Positions 13,271 through 24,974 of a stretch of 62,083 nucleotides of DNA are shown one piece after another. The notes under the pieces are model-generated. The model worked only from the letters and a program-made list of their open reading frames with translations, had not been told where the DNA came from and ran no database searches. Source of the DNA: Gammaproteobacteria bacterium. GTDB lineage: Bacteria > Pseudomonadota > Gammaproteobacteria > JACCYU01. The stretch covers positions 1 through 62,083 of the forward strand of contig DATACK010000027.1 of the NCBI GenBank assembly GCA_036259115.1, given 5' to 3'. Each line of letters opens with the position of its first letter. Positions within the stretch are counted from its first letter, which is position 1. The translations under genes and the position numbers were made by a program.

Positions 13271-14049
13271 TTATCCAGTGTGCCGCTAATAGCGCCATTT
13301 GGTTTCCAGGCGACCGCAAACCCGTTGGTGTAGCGCAGGTCCACGCTCTTGATACGCACCGCCTGCGACGCCAGCACCTTCTGATAGACGCGCGTGAATC
13401 TCGCCACGCGTGCACGTGGGTCTCCGCGCCCGATGTTAATGGGTATACCGTTGTTCAAGAGTAAATGCCATGCGCGCCGCTCGTCTTGTACCAGTGCACG
13501 CACGCGCAAGCCCGCAGGCTTAAGCACGCTCGTTAACTGCCGATAACGGGCGAGTAACGCTTGGCTGCGCCCACGAGGGCCATGCAAGATGGGTAAATTG
13601 GCCAATAACATGCCGCGCTGCGGCCGGAATATCTGGCCGGCGCGGTTTAACAACCTATACGCGCCCCAGCGGGCGACGGGCACTTGTTTGCGTATGTGTA
13701 TCAGCAAGGTACCAGGCCATTTGCGACGTACCGCCGCACTTTTAATCCAGCCCAAACGCGCCACCGCCTGCTCGATCGCCTGCAGATCCACTGTAAAGAA
13801 GTTGCCCGTTAAGTGGCGCGCCACGATTTGCTTGAGTTCCGCGCGCGCGGCGTCGGTTGTCGCGCTCTCAAAATACACGCGCTTGATTGGCAGTGTATCC
13901 GGTTCGCGCAGCTTATACACGCCAATCACGATCAGACTCAAGATCGCAATCACCGCCGCCAACTCCAACCAATCTCTAGGTGACAGCGCGCGCGCCTTAT
14001 TACGAGGTTCCGCACCTCGTCGTCGCCGCGCAAGTCTGAACTTTGCCAC
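13267..14049 (-). CDS. ftsQ: Cell division protein FtsQ
   Basis: 260 aa. Basic N-terminus, a single TM segment, then a POTRA-like region. Sits in the ddl-ftsQ-ftsA position with a 4-nt overlap with ftsA. Confidence 0.85.
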   Translation of the reverse strand: MAKFRLARRRRGAEPRNKARALSPRDWLELAAVIAILSLIVIGVYKLREPDTLPIKRVYFESATTDAARAELKQIVARHLTGNFFTVDLQAIEQAVARLGWIKSAAVRRKWPGTLLIHIRKQVPVARWGAYRLLNRAGQIFRPQRGMLLANLPILHGPRGRSQALLARYRQLTSVLKPAGLRVRALVQDERRAWHLLLNNGIPINIGRGDPRARVARFTRVYQKVLASQAVRIKSVDLRYTNGFAVAWKPNGAISGTLDK

Positions 14050-14068
14050 TGCGCTTTGCCCTCGTGTT

Positions 14069-15013
14069 TCATGCTCCGCTCTCGGCCTTAAGAGATGTTG
14101 CTAGAATCCGCATGACCAGCGTCTCCATATCGATTCCGGCAACCTTGGCGGCTTTGGGCACCAGGCTGTGGTCGGTCATGCCGGGGATGGTATTTACTTC
14201 CAATAACCACGGCTGGCGCTCTCTGTCGAGCATCAAGTCCACTCTTCCCCAGCCACTCGCGCCCACTGCAACAAACGCGCGCCAGCACAAGTCAGCGAGC
14301 ATCCATTCCTGATCTTGCGGCAAACCGCAAGGGCAGTGGTAGCGCGTGGTGTCAGTAAAATACTTAGCTTGATAATCATAGAAGCTACGTGGTGTCTCCA
14401 TGCGGACCAGGGGTAGTACTTCGTCGCCTAGCACGCCGGCTGTGTATTCGCCGCCTTCGATCCAGCGCTCAGCGAGCAAGGTTTTGTCATGTTTGAAGCC
14501 CAGCTCGCAGGCTGCGGCTAGATTCTCGGCGTGCATGACCTTACTGATGCCAATGCTGGAACCCTCGCGCGCCGGTTTAATAGCCAGTGGCAGCCCCACC
14601 TTTTGTATGATCCCATCGAGTTCGGCGCCTGCATGTACCACTGCGTAGGGCGGTGTCGGGAAGCCAAGCTGCAGCCATACAAGCTTAGTCAGCCGCTTGT
14701 CCATGGTGAGCGCTGAGCCCAGCACGCCGGTGCCGGTGTATGGCAGCCCCAGCACCTCTAGGGCGCCTTGTATGACGCCATCCTCACCGCCGCGGCCATG
14801 CAGTACGTTAAACACGCGTGCATAATTGCCACGCGCCAGCTGCGCGAGCACGTCGGTTCCTGCGTCAATCCCATGCGCACCGACGCCGCACGCCTTGAGC
14901 TTCGTCAGCACGATGGCGCCGCTCTTTATAGAGATTTCTCTCACCGCAGACCACCCCCCGTACAGCACGGCGACTTTACCAAAGGTTTTCGGATCCAAAG
15001 CGGCTTGACTCAT
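14069..15013 (-). CDS. ddl: D-alanine--D-alanine ligase
   Basis: 314 aa. VAVLYGGWSAVREIS, HGRGGEDG and the ATP-grasp C-terminus EVNTIPGMT. Confidence 0.92.
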   Translation of the reverse strand: MSQAALDPKTFGKVAVLYGGWSAVREISIKSGAIVLTKLKACGVGAHGIDAGTDVLAQLARGNYARVFNVLHGRGGEDGVIQGALEVLGLPYTGTGVLGSALTMDKRLTKLVWLQLGFPTPPYAVVHAGAELDGIIQKVGLPLAIKPAREGSSIGISKVMHAENLAAACELGFKHDKTLLAERWIEGGEYTAGVLGDEVLPLVRMETPRSFYDYQAKYFTDTTRYHCPCGLPQDQEWMLADLCWRAFVAVGASGWGRVDLMLDRERQPWLLEVNTIPGMTDHSLVPKAAKVAGIDMETLVMRILATSLKAESGA

Positions 15014-15909
15014 GCGTGCTCCCCCATAATGCGCACCTCAGGAATGAGTTGTACGCCATGTACGTCTGCGACGTGCCGCTGGACATGTTCTATGAGCGCC
15101 TCGATTTCCGCCGCCGTAGCGTTGCCAGTATTAATGATGAAATTGGCGTGCTTGTCGGATACGCGCGCCCCGCCGAGGCAATAACCTTTGAGGCCGGCGG
15201 TCTCGATTAGCCGCGCTGCAAAGTCGCCTGGCGGGTTACGAAATACCGAGCCGCAACTGGCGACACCTAGGGGTTGGCTCATCTGCCGCTTTGCTAACAA
15301 AGTTTTGATCTTATCGAGTGAGGTCGCCTTGTCGCCCACGCTTAGTTCCAGTTCGGCGCCTAAGAACCATTCCTCGGCCGGCAAACCGACATCTCTGTAG
15401 CCTACATTAAACTCAGCCGGAAGGCGTTGCCAAATGTTGCCCCAGCGATCTACGGTCTCTACTGAAGCGACGACATCCCAAATCTGGCCACCGAACGCTC
15501 CGGCGTTCATGGCCAGCGCGCCACCCAGGCTACCAGGAATTCCAACCATGAATTCGGCGCCAGCGAGGCTACGCGCGGTGGAAAAGCGCGCAAGCTTCGC
15601 GCAAGGCACACCCGCCTGCACATGTATACGCAATGGACTGAGCTGGCTGATTCTATTCAGCGCAGCATGAACCGCGATGACCGTGCCGCACACCCCGCCG
15701 TCGCGCACGAGCACATTGGTGCCGAGTCCCAGCCAGAATAGCGGCTCAGTAACATCCAGCGTACTTAAGAACAAGACCAGATCTTCTATATCTGCGGGAC
15801 GATAAAGCCTTTCCGCTGTGCCACCAACGCGCCAGCTGTTGAGACATTCAAGCGGCGCATCGACCCGCAGTTCGCCACGCAAGCGCGTAGTGGCGCATGC
15901 AGCCATCAT
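15010..15909 (-). CDS. murB: UDP-N-acetylenolpyruvoylglucosamine reductase
   Basis: 299 aa with FAD-binding-type motifs ([15 protein letters not shown]). ATGA overlaps with murC and ddl. Confidence 0.92.
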   Translation of the reverse strand: MMAACATTRLRGELRVDAPLECLNSWRVGGTAERLYRPADIEDLVLFLSTLDVTEPLFWLGLGTNVLVRDGGVCGTVIAVHAALNRISQLSPLRIHVQAGVPCAKLARFSTARSLAGAEFMVGIPGSLGGALAMNAGAFGGQIWDVVASVETVDRWGNIWQRLPAEFNVGYRDVGLPAEEWFLGAELELSVGDKATSLDKIKTLLAKRQMSQPLGVASCGSVFRNPPGDFAARLIETAGLKGYCLGGARVSDKHANFIINTGNATAAEIEALIEHVQRHVADVHGVQLIPEVRIMGEHA

Positions 15910-17348
15910 TGCATCTGCCCCCGCCCCGGCATCTGGATCGACAATTGTGCGGGCAGTGCCGCCGCCACCGCCCCAATGCTGCCGGCCCCCAAGGTCAGCA
16001 AAACGTCGCAGTCGTGCAACAGATCGATCAAAATGCCAGGCAAGTCATCGATGTCTTCGACGAACACCGGATCGAGTTTGCCGCGCACGCGCAGCGCCCG
16101 GCACAAGGCGCGGCTGTCAGCGCCTGCGATGGGCGCCTCGTTGGCGGCATAGACCTTCAGCAGCACCAGCACATCGACCTCATTGAGCACCCGCGTAAAA
16201 TCATCGAACAGGTCACGGGTGCGCGTATAGCGGTGCGGCTGGAACACTAATACGAGTCGGCGATCGGGCCAGTTTGCGCGCACTGCAGCCAAGGTTGCTG
16301 CCATCTCGGTAGGATGATGACCGTAGTCGTCCACTAGCATCACCCTGCCAGCCCGGGTGACAAGTTCACCGTAACGCTGAAACCGCCGGCCAATCCCCTG
16401 AAAGCTGCTCAAAGCAGACTGTATCGCGGCGCCACTCACGCCTAACTCATACGCAACGGCGATAGCCGCCAACGCATTGAGGACATTGTGCCGGCCTGGC
16501 AGATTCAACGACACGTTCAAATATCTGCCTGATTGTGGAAGGCGCACACGAAAGCGCCCCCGCGCGTGCGTACAGGACACATCAATGGCCTGCACGTCGG
16601 CCTTGCTGTCGATACCGTAAGTCATGGTCGGACGCGAGATCGAAGTCAGAATCTCCTGCACTCGCGGGTCATCGACGCACACCACCGCCAGCCCATAGAA
16701 TGGCAGGTGGTGTAGAAACTCGACAAACGTGGCACGTAGCCTCTGGAAATCCCCCCCGTAGGCGCCTAGATGATCAGTATCGATATTCGTGACTACCGCG
16801 ATCATGGGCTGCAGATGCAAAAAAGAGGCATCGCTTTCGTCGGCTTCTGCCACCAGAAATCGGCCGCTACCCAGCTTTGCGTGGCTGGCGGTACTATTGA
16901 CCCTTCCTCCGACTACGAAGGTAGGATCGAGACCGCCTTCGGCCAGCAATGCTGCAATCAAGCTGGTCGTGGTGGTCTTGCCATGTGTACCGGCCACGGC
17001 GATACCATAACGAAAGCGCATCAGCTCAGCTAACATCTCGGCCCGCTGCACGATCGGAATGCGCCGTGCGCGGGCGGCAAGCAGCTCGGGATTGTCGGCG
17101 GGCACCGCACTTGAGACCACCACTACGTCTGCGTCCTGAACGCTACAAGCGTCATGACCGCAGATAACCTTAGCGCCTAGCTCGATTAAGCGTAGGGTCA
17201 TGGCATTGGCGACTAGATCCGAGCCAGATACGCTATAGCCCAGATTCAACAATACCTCGGCGATACCTCCCATCCCAACGCCGGCGATGCCTACGAAATG
17301 CACGCACTTTATACGCCGCATGCCGATGTGGCCTGTATGTAGCATCAT
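15906..17348 (-). CDS. murC: UDP-N-acetylmuramate--L-alanine ligase
   Basis: Mur ligase motifs: [14 protein letters not shown] and [10 protein letters not shown]. The ATG at 17348 overlaps the murG stop (ATGA). The track ORF starting at 17420 would run into murG. Confidence 0.92.
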   Translation of the reverse strand: MMLHTGHIGMRRIKCVHFVGIAGVGMGGIAEVLLNLGYSVSGSDLVANAMTLRLIELGAKVICGHDACSVQDADVVVVSSAVPADNPELLAARARRIPIVQRAEMLAELMRFRYGIAVAGTHGKTTTTSLIAALLAEGGLDPTFVVGGRVNSTASHAKLGSGRFLVAEADESDASFLHLQPMIAVVTNIDTDHLGAYGGDFQRLRATFVEFLHHLPFYGLAVVCVDDPRVQEILTSISRPTMTYGIDSKADVQAIDVSCTHARGRFRVRLPQSGRYLNVSLNLPGRHNVLNALAAIAVAYELGVSGAAIQSALSSFQGIGRRFQRYGELVTRAGRVMLVDDYGHHPTEMAATLAAVRANWPDRRLVLVFQPHRYTRTRDLFDDFTRVLNEVDVLVLLKVYAANEAPIAGADSRALCRALRVRGKLDPVFVEDIDDLPGILIDLLHDCDVLLTLGAGSIGAVAAALPAQLSIQMPGRGQMQ

Positions 17349-18484
17349 GACGAAGACTGCTGGCGGCTTCGGCAGCCATGGCAGGCGGCAACGCCATAGG
17401 CCACTTCTATACAGATCCATGCCGCATGCTCAGCAGCGTCGATGCGCGCCTGACGTCGCGCCGCGCACGCCATGGCGATCAGACGCCCGCGGTCCACTTG
17501 GCCCGCGACGATAAACTGCTCAAGCAATGCCGCAAGCCGCACCGCATCGAGCTCGTCATTGCGCACCACCAACGCCGCGCCGGCTTCACGTAAGAAACGC
17601 GCGTTGGCGCTCTGGTGATCATCCACGGCGAATGGATAAGGCACGAGTACCGCGCCCACGCCAGCGGCCGCTAGTTCGGCTATTGTCAATGCGCCGGCGC
17701 GACATACAACTAAATCGCACCATGCATAAGCGGCGGCCATATCTTCAATGAAGGCCTCCACCCGCGCCTCAACACCGTTATCTTGATAACCCGCTATAGC
17801 CGCATCAATCAGGTTACTCCCCGCCTGATGCCATACTTGTGGCCGAGAGTCCGCCGGCATGCGCTTGAGCGTCTCCGGCAAAACATCATTGAGCGTCCTA
17901 GCACCCAGGCTGCCACCTAGCACCAGTAACCGCAGGCGTCCCCGCCTATCGGCCATGCGTTGCTCTGGCGGCCGTACCGCGGTGATCTCGCGGCGCACGG
18001 GATTACCGATGAAGATCGCGCCTTTACTGAAAGCGCCGGGGAAACCAACCAGCACCTTAGTAGCAAGTGGCGCAAGCCAACGATTCGTCAGCCCGGCTAG
18101 CGCGTTTTGCTCGTGAATCACCACGGGTCTACGCAGGAGGAAGGCGACTAGCGCGCCGGGGCCCGCGGCGAATCCGCCCATACCAAGCACGCTGCACGGC
18201 TTGTAACGTAGCATGATCCTAAACGCTTGTACGATCGCAATGACAAGTCGTAGGGGCGCCAGTAACCAAGTGAACACGTCCTTACCGCGTAAGCCGCTCA
18301 CCGACAGGTAGGCGATAGGAATGCCCGACGCGGGCACGACGCGCGCCTCTATTCCCTTGCGAGTGCCCAGCCATATCACCTCATGGCCCCAATCGCGCAA
18401 TTGCCGGGCCACGGCCAGCGCGGGATAAACGTGGCCACCTGTGCCTCCAGCGAGAATCATCATGGGCCGGCTGTTGCGATTCAC
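17345..18484 (-). CDS. murG: Lipid II-forming N-acetylglucosaminyl transferase MurG
   Basis: 379 aa. N-terminal [17 protein letters not shown] and the C-terminal glycosyltransferase-28 pattern. Confidence 0.93.
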   Translation of the reverse strand: MNRNSRPMMILAGGTGGHVYPALAVARQLRDWGHEVIWLGTRKGIEARVVPASGIPIAYLSVSGLRGKDVFTWLLAPLRLVIAIVQAFRIMLRYKPCSVLGMGGFAAGPGALVAFLLRRPVVIHEQNALAGLTNRWLAPLATKVLVGFPGAFSKGAIFIGNPVRREITAVRPPEQRMADRRGRLRLLVLGGSLGARTLNDVLPETLKRMPADSRPQVWHQAGSNLIDAAIAGYQDNGVEARVEAFIEDMAAAYAWCDLVVCRAGALTIAELAAAGVGAVLVPYPFAVDDHQSANARFLREAGAALVVRNDELDAVRLAALLEQFIVAGQVDRGRLIAMACAARRQARIDAAEHAAWICIEVAYGVAACHGCRSRQQSSS

Positions 18485-18487
18485 GAC

Positions 18488-19663
18488 CTATCTTCGAGCC
18501 GCATCGCAGCTCTCACGATGCACACGCAACAGCAGGCCCACCGCCGCACAACTTACCAGCATACTGCTGCCGCCCGTGCTCATCAGGGGCAGAGTCAAGC
18601 CCTTGGTGGGCAGGATGCCTAAGTTCACGCCGATGTTGATGAAGGCTTGCAGGCCCAGCCACATACCGATGCCATATGAGAGGCTGACCGCGAAGTGTAG
18701 CCCGCGGCTTGCCGCCATCTTTCCCAGCGCGAAACAACGCCACACCAGCAGGCTATAAAGCGCTATGACACAGATCATGCCCACAAAGCCCAGCTCCTCG
18801 GCCAATACCGCGAACAGAAAATCAGTATGCGCCTCCGGTAGATAGAAAAGCTTCTGAATGCTGTTACCCAGACCTACACCCCACCAGGAGCCGCTGCCGA
18901 TCGCGATTAAGGATTGGGTGAGCTGAAAGCCGCTGTCATAGGGATCAGCCCAGGGATTCAGAAATGCGGTGAGACGTTCCAGACGATAGGGCGAGGAGAG
19001 CGCCAGCACCGCAAGTACGCCGGCGGCGGCGATCAGTAGTAATACAAACTGCCACAGGCGCACACCGCCCAAGAACAACATTCCGAGGCTGGTGGCCGTC
19101 AGCACGGCCACCGCACCATAGTCAGGCTCTAGCAATAACAGCACGGCAATGATCATCAGCAACAGCATAGGCGTGACGAATGCGTCGATGGTCGCTCGCA
19201 AGTTCTGCCCATGCTGCGCGATATAGGAAGCCATGTAGATGATGACGAATAGCTTGGCGATCTCCGACACTTGGAGCCCAACCCCCCCCAGCGATAGCCA
19301 GCGGCTGCTCCCATTCACGGATTTGCCAATACCCGGTATTAACACCAACACAAGCAGGAACATCGCCAATACCAATAACGGCTGACTGGCCTGACGCCAA
19401 AAGGCAAGCCGTACACGATAGGTCAATACCAGCGTGATCACGCCCGCGGCCATAAACACTACTTGGCGTTTAAAGTAATAGAGCGGATCGTCGGTCAGCC
19501 GGTCCGCGATCCCAATCGAGGCGGACGTAACCATCACCAGTCCCAGCCCCATCAGCAGCACTACCGGCACAATAAGGTCCAGATCGAGCCGCTGGCGCGC
19601 GCGCGCGGGCTGCGTCGCACGATGCTTCCGTGACGCCTGCAGTACCACACTCATTAAAGGCAT
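18488..19663 (-). CDS. ftsW: SEDS-family peptidoglycan polymerase FtsW
   Basis: 391 aa, polytopic membrane protein with PSE..K.. and TGGSS motifs. Lies between murD and murG. Confidence 0.9.
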   Translation of the reverse strand: MPLMSVVLQASRKHRATQPARARQRLDLDLIVPVVLLMGLGLVMVTSASIGIADRLTDDPLYYFKRQVVFMAAGVITLVLTYRVRLAFWRQASQPLLVLAMFLLVLVLIPGIGKSVNGSSRWLSLGGVGLQVSEIAKLFVIIYMASYIAQHGQNLRATIDAFVTPMLLLMIIAVLLLLEPDYGAVAVLTATSLGMLFLGGVRLWQFVLLLIAAAGVLAVLALSSPYRLERLTAFLNPWADPYDSGFQLTQSLIAIGSGSWWGVGLGNSIQKLFYLPEAHTDFLFAVLAEELGFVGMICVIALYSLLVWRCFALGKMAASRGLHFAVSLSYGIGMWLGLQAFINIGVNLGILPTKGLTLPLMSTGGSSMLVSCAAVGLLLRVHRESCDAARR

Positions 19664-21021
19664 CTCCGCACAGTGCTCATGAAGTGCTCACCGCGCTCGG
19701 CGTAACCGCTATACATGTCCAAGCTGGCGCAGGCGGGTGATAGCAATACCTGATCTCCGGGCCGTACGAGATGTGCGGCCTGTGCCACCGCATCCTCCAT
19801 GTCGCTGGCCATGAATAGAGGTACGGTGCCCTCAAGCGCGGTAGCAAGACGCGCAGCATCACGGCCAATCAATACCGCCGCCCGTGCGTGCGTGGCCACT
19901 ATAGGACGCAAAGACGTGAAATCTGCGCCCTTGCCATCGCCGCCGGCGATCAATATCACCGGGCCCGGCATGCTGCAAAGTGCCGCCATGGTGGCGCCCA
20001 CATTAGTGCCCTTGGAGTCGTTGTACCAACGGACGCCATTATGCTCGGCTATCCACTGCGTGCGATGCGGTAATCCGGAGAAATCTCTGAGCGTGTCGCA
20101 CATGATGGGCATAGAAAATCCCAATGCCTCACCCAACGCTAGCGCCGCTAAAGCGTTAGCCCAGTTATGTCGGCCGGCAATGCGCAGCTGATCCGTCGCC
20201 AGCAGAGGCTCATCGCCTTTGCAAAGCCAGGTTCCGTTCCCACTTTCCCAGAGCCCATAATGCCCCTGCGCCGGAGTATCCAGACCGAAGCTAACCCAGC
20301 GCTGTGACTCGTGCGCGCCTTGGACCATGGCTGTCACCACTGGATCATCGCGATTGAAGATACAGCAGCATGCCTGGTCATAGACGCGCGACTTAGCGGC
20401 CGCATACTCCCCGAGATTTGCATACCGGTCCATGTGGTCGGCGCTTACGTTCAATACCACCGCAGCCGCCGGCCGTAGACTCGAAATGGTCTCCAATTGG
20501 AAACTTGACAGCTCAAGCACGTATAAGTCGGGTTCGGGATTCTCGATCAGGTCCAGCGCTGGCGTGCCGAGATTGCCACCGGCACGCGCCAGTAGTCCCG
20601 CTGCCCGCGCCATCGCTGTCAGTAATATAGTTACCGTACTTTTGCCATTTGAGCCGGTGATCGCCGCCACTGGCGCGTGCGCCTGGCGCGCGAAGAGTTC
20701 AATGTCGCCGATGAGCTCGGCCCCGGCGTCTACGGCATACCGCAGCGCGGCCTCACGCAGGGAAACACCAGGGCTTACCACCAGACGCGCAGCGCAGCCG
20801 AACAGCTCGGGCTCAAAAGCGCCAAGCTGCACCTCGGCTTGAGGATCGATCTCACTCAGCTGCAACAATCCTGGCGGCTCCGATCTCGTATCGACAGCCA
20901 CGAATGATTCCCCACGCGCGGCCAGATAACGCGCGACTGACAATCCGGTTGCGCCCAATCCGACGATCAAGGTCTTGTCCGTCGTATGCGCGCGCATGCT
21001 GGAGTCGTTGGCAGTGAGCAC
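19654..21021 (-). CDS. murD: UDP-N-acetylmuramoylalanine--D-glutamate ligase
   Basis: 455 aa. LIVGLGATGLS and ITGSNGKSTV Mur ligase motifs. GTG start; an internal ATG at 20997 is also possible. Confidence 0.9.
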   Translation of the reverse strand: MLTANDSSMRAHTTDKTLIVGLGATGLSVARYLAARGESFVAVDTRSEPPGLLQLSEIDPQAEVQLGAFEPELFGCAARLVVSPGVSLREAALRYAVDAGAELIGDIELFARQAHAPVAAITGSNGKSTVTILLTAMARAAGLLARAGGNLGTPALDLIENPEPDLYVLELSSFQLETISSLRPAAAVVLNVSADHMDRYANLGEYAAAKSRVYDQACCCIFNRDDPVVTAMVQGAHESQRWVSFGLDTPAQGHYGLWESGNGTWLCKGDEPLLATDQLRIAGRHNWANALAALALGEALGFSMPIMCDTLRDFSGLPHRTQWIAEHNGVRWYNDSKGTNVGATMAALCSMPGPVILIAGGDGKGADFTSLRPIVATHARAAVLIGRDAARLATALEGTVPLFMASDMEDAVAQAAHLVRPGDQVLLSPACASLDMYSGYAERGEHFMSTVRRCL

Positions 21022-21023
21022 GA

Positions 21024-22106
21024 TTAACGTATCTTGAGCGTGGCCAAGCCGATCAGCACCAAGATCACGGTCACAATCCAGAACCGCACGATCACGTGCG
21101 GCTCCGGCCAGCCGCGCAACTCGAAGTGATGATGCAGCGGTGCCATGCGGAAGATACGGCGTCCGGTGAGTTTAAAGCTTGCCACCTGCAGCATTACCGA
21201 TACGGTCTCCATGACGAACACGCCGCCCATAATCAGCAGCACCAATTCCTGGCGCACCAATACAGAGACGATGCCAAGTGCAGCGCCAAGGGCAAGCGCG
21301 CCCACATCGCCCATAAAGATCTGCGCAGGATAGGCATTGAACCACAGAAATCCCAAGCCCGCACCGACCAACGCGCTGCAGAATATCGTCAATTCTCCGG
21401 CACCTGAGATTTTTGGGATCTGCAAGTATTCGGCGAAGGTGGCGTGACCGCTGGCATAGGCGAATATCCCTAAAGCGCCTGCTATCAACACACTGGGAAC
21501 GATTGCAAGACCATCCAGTCCATCGGTCAGATTCACGGCGTTGCTGGCGCCCACCACCACTAGGTACGTCAATGGGATAAACCAAAACCCGAGATTAATA
21601 ACGACGGTTTTGAAAAACGGTACGATCATTTGGGTTTCAACTGGAGACTGAGCACTCAGATAGATAAAAACCGCCGCCCCCAGCGCGATTATGGATTGCG
21701 ATAAATATTTGTATCTGGCCGGCATGCCCTTGCTGTTACCCAACACCAGCTTACGGTAATCATCAACGCCGCCGATCAGACCGAAGGAAAGTGTGACGAT
21801 GATCGCTACCCACACGTAGCGGTTCGTAAGATCGCTCCACAATAGCGCGCTGACTGTGACCGCCACCAGGATTAGCGCTCCGCCCATGGTTGGCGTACCC
21901 GTTTTGGATAGGTGAGTTTGCGGTCCATCGGCGCGCACAGCCTGGCCGATCTTGTAAGCGGTCAGGCGGCGGATCATCGGCGGACCCACCACGAAGGAGA
22001 TCACCAAGGCGGTCAACACGCCAAGGATACCCCGCAGCGTAATGTATTGAAAAACATAGAAGCCACTGTTGAACCGCCCTAAAAAGTCGAATAGGTCAAG
22101 CAGCAT
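21024..22106 (-). CDS. mraY: Phospho-N-acetylmuramoyl-pentapeptide transferase
   Basis: A start at 22106 gives MLLDLFDFL.., the canonical MraY N-terminus. Also [13 protein letters not shown] and HHHFE motifs. Short overlap with the murF 3' end. Confidence 0.93.
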   Translation of the reverse strand: MLLDLFDFLGRFNSGFYVFQYITLRGILGVLTALVISFVVGPPMIRRLTAYKIGQAVRADGPQTHLSKTGTPTMGGALILVAVTVSALLWSDLTNRYVWVAIIVTLSFGLIGGVDDYRKLVLGNSKGMPARYKYLSQSIIALGAAVFIYLSAQSPVETQMIVPFFKTVVINLGFWFIPLTYLVVVGASNAVNLTDGLDGLAIVPSVLIAGALGIFAYASGHATFAEYLQIPKISGAGELTIFCSALVGAGLGFLWFNAYPAQIFMGDVGALALGAALGIVSVLVRQELVLLIMGGVFVMETVSVMLQVASFKLTGRRIFRMAPLHHHFELRGWPEPHVIVRFWIVTVILVLIGLATLKIR

Positions 22107-23469
22107 ATTCCTGCTCTGCGTCGGGGGTATGCGCTTTGTCATCATCCGCCAGCAGCGCCTCGACAACCTTTTCCATGCGCATGCTGCGCGAGCCCTTGAT
22201 CAATATGGTCACGCCAGTGCGCAACTCCGCACTTAGGGCGTTGATCAGTGCCGCGTGCGTGTCAAAATGTGCCCCGGCCGCACCGAACGCTGCCGCCGCG
22301 GCCTGGCTGAGCGGACCCAGGGTGTACAAACGCTCAATACCTAAGGTGCGCGCTAATTCGCCGGCTCTGGCGTGCAGGACTTCACCGTTGATGCCCAATT
22401 CAGCCATATCACCCAGCACCAGCCACTGCTCGCCTGGCTGGGCGGCCAATACCTCCAGCGCCGCTGCGACCGAATCGGGATTGGCGTTGTAGCTATCATC
22501 CAGCAACCGCACGCCGCGCTTGCCTTGGCGCAAAACCAAGCGACCGCGCACCTGACCTATCGATTCCAGCCCCGTCTTTATTGCTGCGACGCCGATTCCA
22601 GCCGCCACGGCCACGGCTGTGGCGGCCAGCGCATTACGCCTGTTGTGCCGGCCTAGCAAAGGCAATCGAACCTCGAATTCACCTACGGGCGTGAGCACTT
22701 GCAATGCTCCATTCATATCTTGCGCGCACACATCCGCCGCCTGATCAAGGCCGAAGGTCAGACATTTGTGTCGACCCACAACTGTGCGCCAGTAGTTCGC
22801 ATAGGCGTCGTCGGCATTGATGACAGCAGTCCCGTCTTCACACAGTCCTTGGAAGAGCTCACCTTTAGCTCTCGCCACGCCTTCGATGCTGCCGAAGCCT
22901 TCCAGATGCGCGGCCGCCGCATTGGTAATCAGCGCGATATCGGGTCGCGTAATGGCGGTTAATAGAGCAATCTCACCAGGATGATTAGCACCCATCTCCA
23001 CGACCGCGTAGCGGTGGTGATTTCTTATCGAAAGCAAGGTCAGAGGCACGCCGATGTGATTGTTCAAATTGCCTTGCGTGGCCGATACCTGTCCCTCATA
23101 CGCCAAGATCGCGGCGATCATCTCCTTTACCGTAGTCTTACCGTTACTACCCGTGAGCGCGATGACAGACAACCTCAATCGATTGCGCCAAGCAGTGGCC
23201 AACCGCTGCAACGCTTTGAGCGTGTCGTCCACCCGGATCTGTGACAGTGAGACGGAGACCTCCCGCGCCACCATCACGCCGGCAGCCCGAGCGGCCTCGG
23301 CGTTGACAATAAAGTCATGGCCGTCGAAGGTTAGTCCTTTGAGCGCAACGAACAGTTGTCCGGCGCTTAACGCGCGTGTATCGGTAACTATTGACTCGAC
23401 CTCGGCGTCGGCGCCGATGAGTCGCCCCTGCGCCAGGTGTGCAATCTGAGATAAGCTCAACCAGCTCAT
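22096..23469 (-). CDS. murF: UDP-MurNAc-tripeptide--D-alanyl-D-alanine ligase
   Basis: [13 protein letters not shown] Mur ligase P-loop. The ATG at 23469 overlaps the murE stop (ATGA). Confidence 0.9.
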   Translation of the reverse strand: MSWLSLSQIAHLAQGRLIGADAEVESIVTDTRALSAGQLFVALKGLTFDGHDFIVNAEAARAAGVMVAREVSVSLSQIRVDDTLKALQRLATAWRNRLRLSVIALTGSNGKTTVKEMIAAILAYEGQVSATQGNLNNHIGVPLTLLSIRNHHRYAVVEMGANHPGEIALLTAITRPDIALITNAAAAHLEGFGSIEGVARAKGELFQGLCEDGTAVINADDAYANYWRTVVGRHKCLTFGLDQAADVCAQDMNGALQVLTPVGEFEVRLPLLGRHNRRNALAATAVAVAAGIGVAAIKTGLESIGQVRGRLVLRQGKRGVRLLDDSYNANPDSVAAALEVLAAQPGEQWLVLGDMAELGINGEVLHARAGELARTLGIERLYTLGPLSQAAAAAFGAAGAHFDTHAALINALSAELRTGVTILIKGSRSMRMEKVVEALLADDDKAHTPDAEQEYAA

Positions 23470-24974
23470 GACTCGCATAACCATCTTTCGACTTGTTGAC
23501 TATCGCTGAACGGTCGCACTTCGCCGCCCACGATTTGTACGCGTTCATGGCCCTTGCCTGCCACCAACACAACATCGTTGACGCAGGCGCGCGAGATAGC
23601 GTAGCCGATCGCCTCGGCGCGATCGTGAATCACCCGTACAGCAGCGGGATCTGAAAATCCTTTAAGAATGTCATCGGTTATGACCGAGGGCGGCTCGGTG
23701 CGCGGATTATCATCTGTCACGATGGCCTCGTCGGCGTGCCGTTCGGCGACTTGGGCCATCAACGGTCGCTTACCCTTATCGCGGTCGCCGCCGCATCCGA
23801 ACACACACCGTAACCGCCCTCGGCACTGTTCACGTAGCGCGATCAACGCCTGTGCCAAAGCTGCCGGTGTGTGCGCGTAATCAACGACTACAATCGGTTT
23901 GCCTGCCCCACCGTGGCGCTCCATGCGTCCCGGCGCACCGCGGGTGTGGTGCAGCCCAGCAAGGGCTTGTTCTAATGGCATCCCAAGCGCCAGCAATGCA
24001 GTCAATGTCGCCAACAGATTATGAACATTGAAGCGGCCCAGCAAGGTGCTCTCGATAGTGCCACGGCCAAGCGGCGTTTGCACTTCAAAGTGCAAGCCAG
24101 CCAGCGTTGATTTGATGTCGCTCGCGTGCACCGTACGGCTTGCAGACAGAGGTGATTCATCAACACCGTAGCCCAGCACGTGAACAGCTGGGGCCAGCGA
24201 TCGGCATAATCCGAGCCCAAAGGCATCATCGGTGTTGATAATGGCATGGTGCAGTCCCGGCATCTCAAACAAGCGCCGCTTGGTCGCTGCGTAAGCCGTG
24301 TGCGTCTGATGAAAATCGAGATGGTCGCGCGTGAGATTGGTCAGAATGGCGATATCCACCGCTACACCGTCCACGCGGTTCTGGGAAAGGGCATGAGACG
24401 AGACCTCCATCACGACCACGCTCGCACCTTGTGCGTGCTGGGTTGCCAGTTCGGCATGCAGGCGGATGGCGTCCGGCGTGGTATGCATACCCGCTTTCAA
24501 GTGGCCGTATAGGCCATAACCCAGAGTGCCGATCAAACCGCAACATATGTGCAACTCATCAAGCGCCTGGGCCAAAAGATGGCTCACCGAAGTTTTACCG
24601 TCAGTGCCTGTCACGCCAATCACGGTCAGATAGCGCGACGGTTGTCCAAAGAAGCGATCCGCGATTAAACCCAAACGTTGATTCAGGTGCTCGACTGCAA
24701 TGCAAGGTATAGAATTCAGATCTGCAGGCGGCGCAATAGCGTACGCTGGTTCCCAGACCACCGCGGCCGCGCCACGTGCCAGCGCATGATCCACATAACG
24801 CAAGCCGTGCGTACGTCGACCCGCGACCGCTACGAACAAATCACCAGGTAGAATCGCTTGGGCCGTATGACAAAGTCCTGTGACCTTAACGTCATCGATC
24901 GCCGCCACCTGGGATATGCCGTTCAGCAGTGCCGCCAGAGAATAGCTCGGTTCAACTCGCCTTTCAGGCATCAT
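23466..24974 (-). CDS. murE: UDP-MurNAc-L-Ala-D-Glu--2,6-diaminopimelate ligase
   Basis: 502 aa with GVTGTDGKTS, DYAHTP and a DNPR motif near the C-terminus. Confidence 0.92.
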   Translation of the reverse strand: MMPERRVEPSYSLAALLNGISQVAAIDDVKVTGLCHTAQAILPGDLFVAVAGRRTHGLRYVDHALARGAAAVVWEPAYAIAPPADLNSIPCIAVEHLNQRLGLIADRFFGQPSRYLTVIGVTGTDGKTSVSHLLAQALDELHICCGLIGTLGYGLYGHLKAGMHTTPDAIRLHAELATQHAQGASVVVMEVSSHALSQNRVDGVAVDIAILTNLTRDHLDFHQTHTAYAATKRRLFEMPGLHHAIINTDDAFGLGLCRSLAPAVHVLGYGVDESPLSASRTVHASDIKSTLAGLHFEVQTPLGRGTIESTLLGRFNVHNLLATLTALLALGMPLEQALAGLHHTRGAPGRMERHGGAGKPIVVVDYAHTPAALAQALIALREQCRGRLRCVFGCGGDRDKGKRPLMAQVAERHADEAIVTDDNPRTEPPSVITDDILKGFSDPAAVRVIHDRAEAIGYAISRACVNDVVLVAGKGHERVQIVGGEVRPFSDSQQVERWLCES